Shown: positions 40,180-51,998 of the stretch, piece after piece
How positions within the stretch are numbered: the first letter of the stretch is position 1
How the letters are laid out: the number at the start of each line of letters is the position of its first letter
Program-made: the position numbers and the translations under genes
The notes under the pieces: model-generated
The model's input: the letters and a program-made list of their open reading frames with translations, nothing else
Database searches by the model: none
Told to the model about the DNA's origin: nothing
Assembly: GCF_006345805.1 (NCBI RefSeq)
Contig: NW_021837035.1
Coordinates: forward strand, 2,358-66,357
Origin: Octopus sinensis
Lineage: Eukaryota
DNA length: 64,000 nucleotides
Reading direction: 5' to 3'

Positions 40180-40288
40180 CACTCACTTTGTCAGCCACAA
40201 TGCTTATGTTGAATGTGACATTTGAGTCCCTCCAATGATTTACAAAGAAGCCCGCTGATGTTGCATGTACGAGGATTACGAGTGAGTG
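40180..40288. mobile_element. Tiny TA-flanked Tc1/mariner-like MITE
   Basis: ccTA|CACTCACT...AGTGAGTG|TAgg: 12-bp inverted repeat at 40176-40187 and 40281-40292. Confidence 0.45.
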
Positions 40289-40812
40289 TAGGTGGCATAT
40301 TTGCAACCGCTTTTATCCTTTACCTTGTATCCCTAAGCCTATTTTGCTGGTTGAATCATAGTCACTTATACGATTTTGGCGCAACGATCTCCATTTTGTA
40401 TTTGTGGGGGGGGGGGGGACAAGTGTGTATGTTTGTGTGTGCATTTTATCGAATAGGAGTTTCACTTAGCTCCATGCAACTTGAAGATTTATTTACGTGA
40501 ACTGGAGACTGGGCTGCTATTATATAAGACAGGTCATATTGGGTTGTTGATATTGATACTGATATAGATGTGTCACCAGATAGAAATCCTAATCTATGTT
40601 TCTAGGTTCTCATAGTTGGACATGGCGCTTGGCAGTCTGGTTAACGGAGTGAGAATTGCCAGCTACACCATTTGTTTGTCTAGATGTTTAAGTATACATG
40701 GTGCATGATTGTGTGAGGGTATGTATCTTGTGTGCATGTGTATTTACTGTGTGCCTGTGCATGTGTAAACTTACAAAATCGCCTCGTTGGTAAATATGTG
40801 CATGTGTGCTCA

Positions 40813-40869
40813 ACATTCGCAGCAGATGAATCTCCTATGTATTGAACTCGTCGCATCCACAAGAAGTTA
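40813..40869 (+). repeat. 57-bp perfect direct repeat, copy 1
   Basis: acattcgcagcagatgaatctcctatgtattgaactcgtcgcatccacaagaagtta is identical to 43118-43174. Confidence 0.95.
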
Positions 40870-41119
40870 TCTGTGCAGATTAGTATCTACTGTGTGTATA
40901 TATGTCTAAGCATGTGATTGTATGCGGGTATGTTTGCGTATACGTGTGCGTTAGTATTTGTTGCGTGTAATATAAGTGTGCGTATGTGCTTGGCATGCAT
41001 CCCTGCGTGTGTTTACGTATGAATATACTTGTCACGCATGTATATGTATGTCTCTGTATTTGTGTATATATGCAGGAGTGCGTTTATACATGAACGAGTG
41101 CATGCATGTTTACAATACA

Positions 41120-41252
41120 GTGTATGCGTATGCAAAACTTCGATATTTGAGGACGCCTGGTGTGTGCATTGGTGTGTGCTCATATGTGACTGGTGTATGC
41201 GTATGCAAAACTTCGATATTTGAGGACGTCTGGTGTGTGCATTGGTGTGTGC
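41120..41252 (+). repeat. Tandem duplication, 73-bp period
   Basis: gtgtatgcgtatgcaaaacttcgatatttgaggacg(c/t)ctggtgtgtgcattggtgtgtgc occurs at 41120 and 41193. Confidence 0.9.
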
Positions 41253-41469
41253 GTATTCGTGCGTGTTTGTGTGTGTGTGTGTGTGTGTGTACTGGTGTGG
41301 TGGTGTATTCTGATTCGTGCCACACTTACAGGTCTATAGGAGGTTGGTGTCCGAATCCCATGGGCAACCTTTGACCTTTTTAATTCTACAAGTGTTTTTC
41401 AACCTAGTATTTACATGCCATTATTTATAGTTTTATCTGTGTGATTGGAAATATTCCAAAACGAGAATG

Positions 41470-41504
<35 letters not shown>

Positions 41505-42013
41505 GTGTGTGCGCGCGCGTGCATATGCGTGTGTTGCAGCTGGTATTTTTTTTTTAAGCAAAATAATCGTAGTCTTCAATTACAACTGTGATTCCACTCA
41601 AACGACTTGCTAGTGCAATTATCAAATTTAAACTTGATTGTGGACTCATATTTGTGAAGTGAAATAAATCATACTGGTTCAGAGTTCATTTCGAAAATAA
41701 AGTGTTTGTATTCATAGTGTTGACATAGAAATTGAGATCAGATAAGAATTGAAGGCTGATAGTAATCTTGGAGAATACTTTTTTCTTTGTTCTTCTTTTG
41801 CCTAACAGGTATTGCATTACATGATTGTATCGGTAGAATTCTTACAACAGTCTATCGATAATATATGCACACATATGCGCGCACACCCACGTACATTCAC
41901 GCACGCAGTCATACATATACAAACAGAGAAAAACTGAGAGAGTAAGAGAGTAGTAGGTGAATAGTGTGATATATAATGTAGAGGGAGAGATAGCTTGAGA
42001 GACGTGTGGATTT

Positions 42014-42086
<73 letters not shown>

Positions 42087-43117
42087 AATGTAGGATGGAT
42101 ATAATCGTAGACAGGTCAGCGGACAGAGAAAGAAATAGAAAGAGAGCTGTACCGTAAGACATCTATCTATCCGTCTAACTTCTCCTTGAAGCATTTCAGC
42201 TTTCTTTATTTCTGAAATGCCATATAATTTAAATAGTCAATAAAGGAGAATAATAAAACTATTTCATTGGACAATTTGCTATAAGCCTTCTTCTTCAGAT
42301 ATAAATAACAATAATAATTTCTTTTATTGTCCAGAAGACCTCAATATGTTGGCGTCAGTGCAAAGGTGAAATACAATAATATAAGCAACAAAGAAACAGT
42401 GGGGCTGATTTTCATTGTGTATAAAGGTGAAATCAGCAATGGCGTGAAAATCACATTAACAATTACAATAACAAAATAAATTAGAGTGCCCCCCCCCCAA
42501 AAAAAAAGTGATGACAACAATATGGAACAAATCGTATGTCATTAGACACGATTCTGGATTAAGTGTGACACGCGTTCTGCAATTGTCATCTTCAGTTCCG
42601 TCCACGATTTTGTCACAATCAGCACTTCTCTTAGATAAAATGGGTTGCAGTAAATCTCATTCTACTCTTATCTTCCTTTTCAAGTTTTATTTGAAGAATT
42701 TGATAAATAACTGATTTAAGTGGAAAAATCCACTCCTTAAACTTCTTAATTGTTCCTTCACGCAGCTTTCTTTACCGTATTAAAAGGCAGAGTAGTACTT
42801 TGCATTATGCTGTGCCAAAGGTAGTCAATAGTTGGATTTTTTTGGTAAATACAGCTGTACCTTTACGGTGCGATCAGATGTATATTTGTAATATAATAAA
42901 CTGTATCTTCACAGTATATTCTGCATTTTTCAACTTTCCAGATGTAATGTGTCTAACCTCAGTCTACAAATGACCTCAAACAGCTGCTATTTCTCAGCCA
43001 CCAGCAACGGAAATCATCCATTAATTGAAGACTTCATACGAATCTCATTTGATGCATCAGCGTTAGTGCGTGTTTGCACATCAACAACAATACGATCATA
43101 AAACCCCTTAGGAATTG

Positions 43118-43174
43118 ACATTCGCAGCAGATGAATCTCCTATGTATTGAACTCGTCGCATCCACAAGAAGTTA
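43118..43174 (+). repeat. 57-bp perfect direct repeat, copy 2
   Basis: Identical to 40813-40869; the flanks are unrelated. Confidence 0.95.
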
Positions 43175-44068
43175 AATAAAGGCAACATAAACTGTAATCT
43201 GGTCAGATATTTCCTGTAACATAGCATGTTGGTTAGCAAAGTAATCAATAACTGTAACAATAATAACTGCAATAGCAACGACTCCATTATCATTATCAGC
43301 AATTCGGAAATAGATATTACTATAAGAAAATACTATCACACAATGGGAGGAAGACTCACAAGCGAATGCTGACATTCAGGGTTATAGCAAAGATAAGCGA
43401 TGAGAAAGCATCATAAATACTAATAATGAAAAACATCAAGAGATTCAACAAACAGTTACAGTAATTATAAAAGTGACAATACTAATAGCACTAATGATAA
43501 AAATACCTTTATGAGGAAAACACGGGTTTTCAAAGTAACGATACAACTTAGTATTCACATTCATGATGAGAAAGATCAGCATTATCATCAACGTCGTCGT
43601 CGTTGTCATCGTCATCAAATTATTATCATCAAAATCGTCGTCGTTGCCGTCATCATCACTACCACCACCATTTAGGACTTTGTACTTTGTGTTGACGCTG
43701 TCATTCTTATGAATGATGATGGTGATGATGATGATGATGATGATGTGGAGGAGGACTATGATGACCACGACGATAATGTCGGTGATGATGATTATGAAAA
43801 TGACGATGATGACGATGATGATGGGAAAGATATAGAGAGGGTGTGGTACTAAATATATTGTGAAAATAGGAGTGTCATGAGATTGTAAATGGTAAATCTA
43901 AGTGTATAAGACGTAAAAATTATTCGTATTAAGAATATATCAATCGATAAATTAAAACATTTTATTTTTTGCGTTTTCCTGACATTTTCACTTGTTCGTC
44001 TGTATCTCACACGTACACACATACAAACATACACACACTAAGAGAGAGAGAGAGTGAGAGAAAGAACG

Positions 44069-44127
<59 letters not shown>

Positions 44128-44128
44128 C

Positions 44129-44194
<66 letters not shown>

Positions 44195-44746
44195 ATATAT
44201 ACATACATGCATGCATGCATATACAAGTGTTTGCGTGTGTCTGTGTGTATGTCCATCTTTATGTAACCCAATTTTGATATGTACTTGATGCAAAAATAAA
44301 ACAAAATTCTATTTTTATTCGTTATTCCCGTTTTAATCCTTGCTTCCGTTAAAAGTTTTATTCTTCAAACTATCTGATTTTCTGACGAGAGCCATACGCC
44401 CGAAATACCAAGGACACTTTTATTGCATTCACTATCATTCGCATAATTATAATTCGCATGCATTTTGTTTCGTGGTGTCATTATTCTCGTCGTTAATTTG
44501 CAACCTGCGCACATATACATACAGAGAAACATTAACACAAGCACACATTCTCACCCCCACCCACCCCACACACACACCAATGCACACATGAATACAAGTA
44601 TATATAGATGTATATATACATAAATTTATATATATCTTTATATATATATATATATAATATATATATATATATATGTAAGTATATGTGTGTGTACATCTAT
44701 ATATGTATATATATATATAAGAAAATACATATATCTTCTTACATTG

Positions 44747-44995
44747 TTTTACTTGTTTCAATCATTTGACTGGAGTCATGCTGGAGCACCGCCTAAAAAA
44801 GTTTTAGTCAAACAAATCTACACCAGGATTTATTCTTTGTAAGCTAGTACTTATTCTATCGGTCATTTTTGCCGAACCGCTAAGTTACGGGTACGTATAT
44901 TCAATAACACTGGCTGTCAAGAGATGGTGGGAGGAAAACAAAAACTTAAATCCATACGCACACACACACACTAACACACACACACATATATATAC

Positions 44996-45032
<37 letters not shown>

Positions 45033-45180
45033 CGGGATTCTTTCAGTTTCTGTCCACCATATCGGCTCATAAGACTTTAGTCGGACCGAGACTATAGTAG
45101 AAGGTATTTGCCCAAGGTGCCACGCAGTAGGAGTTAACCTGGAACCATGCGGTTGGAAAGGAAGCTTAACACGCAGCTAC
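44747..45180 (-). mobile_element. CORE-like tRNA SINE with internal microsatellite
   Basis: Homologous to 21256-21732 and 23132-23510. Confidence 0.85.
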
Positions 45181-45847
45181 ACATGTACCTCTATATATAT
45201 AGATGTGTGTGTGTGCGTGTTTGCGTGTGTGAGTGTGTGTTTGAATGTGTGTGTGTATGTGCGATTGTCGGACACCCTGCAGGACGAAATATAAGACTTG
45301 TCAAAGGGCGGAAGAGTTCGTATGCAGTCAACGGCCATCCAAAAATATATGTACATATGTATGTATGCATGTATATATGCGCGGAGACGTACACCTACCT
45401 GGGTTGTTGTCCAGGCGCGCGCTTGGCTCACTGTGAGTGGGAGGCCCCTTTGTTATTGTCACGTGTTTTACGAGAAGGAAATTCTAAAAGAAAACCCGCG
45501 TCACTGACAAAATCCGCTGATGTAGACCAGTTCTTCTTTTCGAGTTTTTATTGTCCATGTTCAGAGAGTGAGATTGGATTTGTGCAAATCCTTTCCGCGT
45601 CGTAAAAAATCAGCATGCACAGGCATCCCTTGAAAAAATGTAAGAGCTTTCACAAAAATGGCTGGTCATAGCCTTAGCATACGTGTGATTTTCGATCAGG
45701 CGATGGCGATACTGGAACATGAGTTTGCAGCAACTACATATATATATATGTGTGTGTGTGTGTAATAGATTGTCTTAGAATGTTTAAGAAGACATCTCAA
45801 CACTTCTAAAGCAAACTTCGTTTGTTTCTTTACTTTATATATATATT

Positions 45848-45938
<91 letters not shown>

Positions 45939-45959
45939 ATAATATAAATAATATATAAC

Positions 45960-46200
45960 TATATGTATGTATACAGACATATATGTACATACCTACATAT
46001 ATATGTATATATACATGCATATATGGGGACAGGACGTCAACAAAAACGTGAACAAAATGAGAAACGAGAACATAAACAACAAAAGCATAGAAAACGAACT
46101 CTTTTTCGAACAACGAAAGAAACAAATAGAGAAACGAGACAGGCAACATAAAGAACATTTCCTTCATCAGTTGTCCACTGTTTTATCTACTCCACGTTAT
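45960..46200 (-). mobile_element. Inverted copy of the Penelope-like terminal segment
   Basis: The reverse complement matches 38880-39100 (gatgaagg.aatgttctttatgtt..tgtctcgtttctct..gttgttcgaaaaa). Confidence 0.7.
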
Positions 46201-46503
46201 ATGTATATATGGTGGTTGTCTACTCCTTATGCAGAGTCTGACTACCTCCTCTACGTACACCTTAGAACCATCATGGCATCTGTTGTGGCTTTTTAAACCA
46301 GACAATGTTTTCAAATAATATCATATTATTTTGCTCATAAACATTCATCGTAAATTTAAACGAGATTGTAGGTAAATATTTTATTGTAAATTTCTTACTT
46401 AACCACTTACTGCTGCTGCCCTCTCTCTGTAGAGTACTTTCTTATCTCTTGTTCAGATCCATCAGGACTAACATACTTTACTAAGGACACATACATACAT
46501 ACA

Positions 46504-46537
<34 letters not shown>

Positions 46538-47753
46538 CATACATACATACATACATAGATACATACATACATACATACATACATACATGCATACATATAT
46601 ACATATATACGTACACACATACATACACGCATGCATGGGTGTGTGCATACGCAAGTGTGTGTAGAGAGAGACAAAGAGAGAGAGGGAAAGAGAGATGTGT
46701 ATCATACTTTAAGCAGAAGCATCGAAAACAAAGCAAATTAACTGTGATATTCGTCGCGAGATAATACGTTTTATGGACGTATTTCTGTTTAGAAACACAA
46801 ATATATCAATAACAGACGAACATCGTCCTGCAGCTTCAGTGGCAATACTTGATACCCTTTCCTGCCATGTTGGGCGCTGTCAGTAACATGTACTTACGGC
46901 TAGACACATGCTAACACAAAACCCACCGATGAATACTCGGCATCTTTACAGACTAGATATTGTTGACATACTTATTATGGATATGACATATAATCTTCAT
47001 ATCCAAAAGTGGGGTTTACATAACCCATTAACCTTCAAAATTCCTCGCTGTTTGGACCAATGAACGGCTCTCTATGTTCTCCAGATTATGGCTCTGCTCC
47101 TGCCAAACTGGGATTACATCTGAAGTTACACGATTCCATATATTGCCAGTTCGCTCCTATCGGATATCTTATAGGCAGCCTGTAGCCTTATTACCGGCTC
47201 GATGAATTCTGTGCGTCACGATAAGTTAAAGAAGAAACTAATTAAACACTTCTTAGTCTTTCAAACGTGGCACCTGCTCCAGCTTCATATCCCAGAGAAA
47301 CTCAATGTTCGAAAGTCCCCTCAAGGGTGTAGATCTCATTCTAAATAAAGGTTGACAAAATTGCACTTGATTTTGAAAATGGAAATCAGCTTTATATTGC
47401 TACACAAAGGTTTCTTTTTTAGTTGGCGAAAAATAACTGATAATTACTAGGTATGATTTGAGTGGTCGGTAATAGGTAAATATTTCACTGTCTTGCCTTC
47501 AACAGACATATTGAAAAGCTGTTTCATGCTTCTCTTAGTGTGCAATCAAATAAAAACGGCTAATGATTTAACAGAATATGAACAAGAGGCGTAACATAGA
47601 ATAAAGTCTGTGCGTAGTCGAAAGAATTCATGTGACGAATTACCGACGAGACTGAGCTGTCTTAAAAGATATACTAGCAGCATAGCTCGGCGTTGCCCGG
47701 GTATGTAAGAGCCCCTAGTAGGCAACGACTAATCCCAATCTAGTCCTTTCCTT

Positions 47754-50700
47754 CTAGGGAACGAAGGCGCATGTGTAGGTTGCAGTGTCTTCTCTGGACT
47801 CGAATACTTCTGTGTATACGATGTTCCTAGCTGTCCCTTTGGGCGAAAACATGAAAACATCATTGCGCCTCCCAACGCGTGAATAGCCCACGTAGAGTTG
47901 ACCGTGGGCGAAGCACTGTTCACCCAAATGTAACCCAGCGACTTGTAGCGTTAGGATTTATTGATGGACATTGCGAAGCAGACTTTAACAGGAAACTGAG
48001 AACGCCTGAAGTGGATTGGTAGGTCAGCGCCCGACGGCTGAAGGTGCATTCGTGGAATGAAGACGTCCTCTCCCTTCCCACAACCGGTAAGTATTGTGGC
48101 CGTTATTAAATGTGGTGCCAAATGTTTCACAACCAGACGTGTGCCGTTGCACTGTTTAGGTGGAACCAAATTCCTGATGAGCATAATGGGCGCACCGACT
48201 TTTAACTTTAGGATGTGTGGCGGCAGGCATGGTGGTTCAAGTGAATTCAGGAATTCAACAGGATAATCGGCAAGCTCGGCGGGGTCTGCTGTCCTACCTA
48301 TAGATTTGTAGACGTGGACATCACCAGGAATAGCTTCAAGTAGCTGGATATTGATGGAGTTGACGGTTGTATTTTGGGATGCGAGAATAGCTCTGCCTGC
48401 CAGGCATTTTACATCGCGTAAGTTGTTTTGTAGGTCGTGGAAGACAGCGTCCCGGAGGCTAGCAGGGGTGTCGACAGTGGTGCAAAGTGAGTCCAATTGA
48501 ACGCAGCCATCCGCATCAGCCGGCATCCCATTTTCACCGAGCGATAAAAGATCCCTGGAGAATGCAGCGGATCCGCTGTCACCAATCAACTGCACGAGCA
48601 TGTTAGTTGCGAGGTGCAAGGGCCGCACATGTTCCCAAAGAGCTGACGACTTAAGGCACGCGCGCACGGCATCGGCACGGGTTCCTTTTGGAATAACAGG
48701 TAGAGTCTGCCTGAAGTCTCCTGAAAGAAGTAAAGTCAATCCTCCCATGGGGGCCGTAGAGTCTCTGATGTCTTGCAGGGACCTGTCCAGTGCCTCAAGG
48801 GCGCCTTTGTGTGCCATAGTGCACTCATCACATACGATGAGTTTGCATCTGCGCAGAATGTCGGCCTGTTCTGAGTTCTTGGCGATGTTGCAGAGAGGTG
48901 ACTCGGACTTTGCCAGATTGAGCGGGAGTCTGAAGGCAGAGTGGGCGGTTCTGCCACCCGGAAGCAACGTGGCCGCGAATACCAGAGGAAATTACAGCCA
49001 GGGCAATGTCCGTCTTGCGTCTGACCTGCCAGAATTAGTTTCGTGACGAAGGTTTTGCCAGTGCCGCCAGGTGCGTCAAGGAAGTAAATCCCCCCACGTC
49101 GCTGTCTGACACAGTCTACGATGGTGTTGTAGGCTATGCGCTGGTCTGGAAACAGTCGTGGTTCATTATTTTGGACGTACTGGTGCAGTTCCTCAATGCA
49201 GTAGGAAGTTTCGTATAACAATTCAGCAGATATAACATTGGCGTGTTCACGTGTGGGTGGTGGAAGGCCGTACTCTGTTAAAGCAGAGCCACCCATATCG
49301 ATGACAGCGTCTTCGAGTTGAATAAGCGCAAAATTGTAAATGAAGTTGGTGAACGTGATCTCGGCGGAAGGGCAGTGTTGCTGAGCCCTACGTCAGAAGT
49401 ACTGCGACATGTCATCCCCCTGTATTTCATCCAGAGACTTAGTGGGTCACTAAGCTGACATTTTTGAAGGTTTTTTTAGACCACACGAAGTACGATGGAA
49501 ACCTGTGGGTACAAAAGCGTTCGAGCGAAGTCATCACGTTGGCATAATTTGAAGAAATCGGTCAACGTTGTGCCTTTAGGGTTGGTGGCTACCTGCGCAG
49601 CACTTTGCTCTGTGAAGTAAATCCGCTGTCCATTTCCCAAGTGTACAGCAAGCTGCACCACACCCGGGTGTCTCTGATGGAGCGAGAAGCCGTAAATGCG
49701 CCAAAACGCTTCGTTGCTGCTCATCGGGGTCAGGAATCTCGGCGGAAATGAATTTGTCAATGTCAATGTCAGTAGTCTCGATTTTATTAGTTAGCCAAAT
49801 TAAGATGTGAGCATGTGGGAAGCCCCGCTTTTGCCACTCGACCGAAAGCATGTGGCACCTGACATGCCCGAAAATCTGACCCTTAACTATCAAATCCATC
49901 ATTTTGCCCAAATTCAGACGGAAAACCCTAGCAACGGTGTCGTGTCGATGGGTGTGAGACTGACCCGGGAGGAGTTCGCGAGAGATTTCGTCGCAGTTGG
50001 GATTGCACGTGTAGGTGATAAAGAGGTCCGGCCGGCCGTAAATGCGCACGTAGGTCAAGGCGTCTTGGGTCCTTTCACGCATATATCACGGTCCTCCCGT
50101 GAAGGTGGAGGGTAGAATGCATGGCTTGTCGATGTTGCGAGGGTCAGTTTCTTGTTGCAAGCCGTCACGGAGATGAATGTAGGAGTCGGAGCGAAGTTTG
50201 GTCTGATTAAGTTTAATGTATAGCAGCCTTTCCGATTCCATTTTGGCGGCCATGTCGACGGCGAACTGGTTGAATAGCTGACGACAACGGGGCAATAAGT
50301 TGAACTCACCCTCCCTGACCATGAACGGGTATGAGTAGAACGCCCTGCAGGAAACCGTCTTTGATTCCGCAGTAGTTTGATTGGAGGGCTGCCGTAAAGG
50401 AATTCCGAAGTGGTAGCCGTTTTCCCCATAAGGGAAAAGCAATGGATACTGAAGCGCGTCATAAGATCTGTGAGTCCCGCTGATCCTGCGTAGGCTGTTA
50501 CCACGGGGGGAGATGATTATGTCACGGCTGTTGTGTTGCTCTCCGTGTATGACTGCGGCAATTTCATTGCACGCAGGTGCGTTGAACGGCGTTCGTGCTC
50601 CCCGTGGGGCCGTTTATCAGCATCAATGACAACGGTGAAGTTTGGAGATGGAGCACTGTCCAAGGCATACCTGAAGCTGCAGACGTAGCTGTTGATATCA

Positions 50701-51998
50701 TGAAGCATGGTTTGGAGACGGAGAAGAACATCTTTGCGGGGAACATAGCGTGTACCCGGTATTATTCCAAGGCGTACATCAACCTGCTGGTTGTAGTCGG
50801 CAATGAAGTAGATTTGGAGGAAAGAAGACTGCTGAATTTCGTCTGGCAGAAGTGACCCAATAAGATGATAGACCTGTCCCTGCACTTTGTAAGTAGGCAT
50901 CCAGCCTTCTCTAGGAGGAATTTTGGCCCCGAAAGAAGTCATTTGGAATGAGCAGTTGTACTTTCGAATGATTTCAAGGAATTGTGACGATTCGGGGGTT
51001 AAACCCGCCGCGAGATCCTTCAGTGGTTGAGGTGGTTGCCGTAGGGGTGGCAGGTCCACTTTGCCACCAGAGCAGCACAAACCAGGTGGCTCTCCGGGCC
51101 ATTTCTTGGCTTTGCAAAACTGGCATACAATTGTCATTGACCCTATCTTGATGTCGTCACGCAAGGAGAAGTTGATTGTGGCGTCATAGTTGAATGCTAG
51201 TGACGACCAGAAAGCGGGGGCAGGGGTACGTACACCACGAATGATATCCCAACGTTTGTTGATACTCTCAAGTCGAGTGCGCCGTGCCTCAGCAGATTGA
51301 GATGCGCGTGCGACAGCGGTAGCAGTGGCATATCTTGAAAGCCTTTCAGCTCTCGCCTCAGCACCCTCTGAAGCCCTAACAGAAGCAGTGTTAATGGCAT
51401 CTCTGGATGTCCGAATAGTTCGTTGGTCTGGAGTTTCGGCAGATCGAGCCATGGCTATGTTTGCGGCGTTAGCAGCTTGGCGAGCTCTCCTCTGTTGAGG
51501 TGCTTCGGCAGATCGGGCCATGGCTGTGTTTGCGGCGTCAGCAGCTTGGCGAGCTCTCTTCTGTTGAGGTGTTTCGACAGATCGGGCCATGGCTGTGTTT
51601 GCGGCGTTAGCAGCTTGGCGAGTTTTCCTCTGCTGTGAGGTTTCGACAGATCGTGTCCTGGCGGTGCTAGCGTCGTTAGCCGCATTCCGAATGGCCCTTT
51701 GTTCGGGGTTCTCGCGAGCTCTGCGGATGGAAGCACAGGAAGAAGCCCGCATGTTTTGGCTGGACTGTTGCTCTTTCGTCAACCTCGAGCGGAAGGAAGA
51801 TCAGTACGCTGCGGCCCTTGTAAGTCGGGTAGAACGTTCGCTAGTAGTTTCAGATGCCTGAGCAGCGGCATAACGGGAAGCTTTTTGCGAGAGGCGCAAG
51901 GCGGTTTCCTCGTGGGTCTCGCGTGCCCTTCTAGCCCTAGCAGCCGATGCCTTGGACGTCCGAGGGCTGAGGAGGGTCCTTCTCTTCTTGGGTGGCAT
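47754..51998 (-). pseudogene. Helitron RepHel transposase pseudogene (STPR repeats, Zn finger, HUH Rep, Pif1-family helicase)
   Basis: Pieces in order: MPPKKRR start; CQFC..W..EPPGLCC Zn finger; LFPYGENGY; ILPSTFTGGP; GRPDLFITYTCNP; VEWQKRGFPHAHILIW (HUH); DAPGGTGKT (Walker A); LIVCDECTM (Walker B); GDFRQTLPV; QFPVKVCFAMSINKS; HGQLYVGYSRV. Several stops and frameshifts interrupt it. Confidence 0.95.
51231..51920 (-). repeat. Ten in-register 23-aa (69-bp) STPR-like repeats at the RepHel N-terminus
   Basis: Units include ETHEETALRLSQKASRYAAAQAS, ETPQQKRARQAADAANTAMARSA and ETPDQRTIRTSRDAINTASVRAS. The 69-bp DNA period is visible (agatcgagcc at 51441, agatcgggcc at 51510). There is an in-frame TGA in unit 2. 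Confidence 0.85.

Noticed and set aside
42520-42632. Minus-strand peptide RSADCDKIVDGTEDDNCRTR resembling an LDL-A module
   Set aside because: The Cys spacing does not match LDL-A, there is an upstream in-frame stop, and the splice sites are weak.
43560-43830. (CAT/CGT)n followed by (GAT)n as a hairpin
   Set aside because: This is low-complexity complementarity expected by chance among abundant trinucleotide tracts.
44380-44410. CTGACGA-gagccatacgccc-GAAA hammerhead-like motif
   Set aside because: No compatible stem I/III or NUH cleavage site could be found.
47000-47330. Coding-like segment upstream of the Helitron 3' end
   Set aside because: No recognisable motif in any frame, and it lies outside the Helitron terminus, so there is no evidence of gene capture.
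51430-51650. Regular 69-bp repeats as a CRISPR-like array
   Set aside because: They are whole-unit coding repeats with no unique spacers, in a eukaryotic Helitron ORF.
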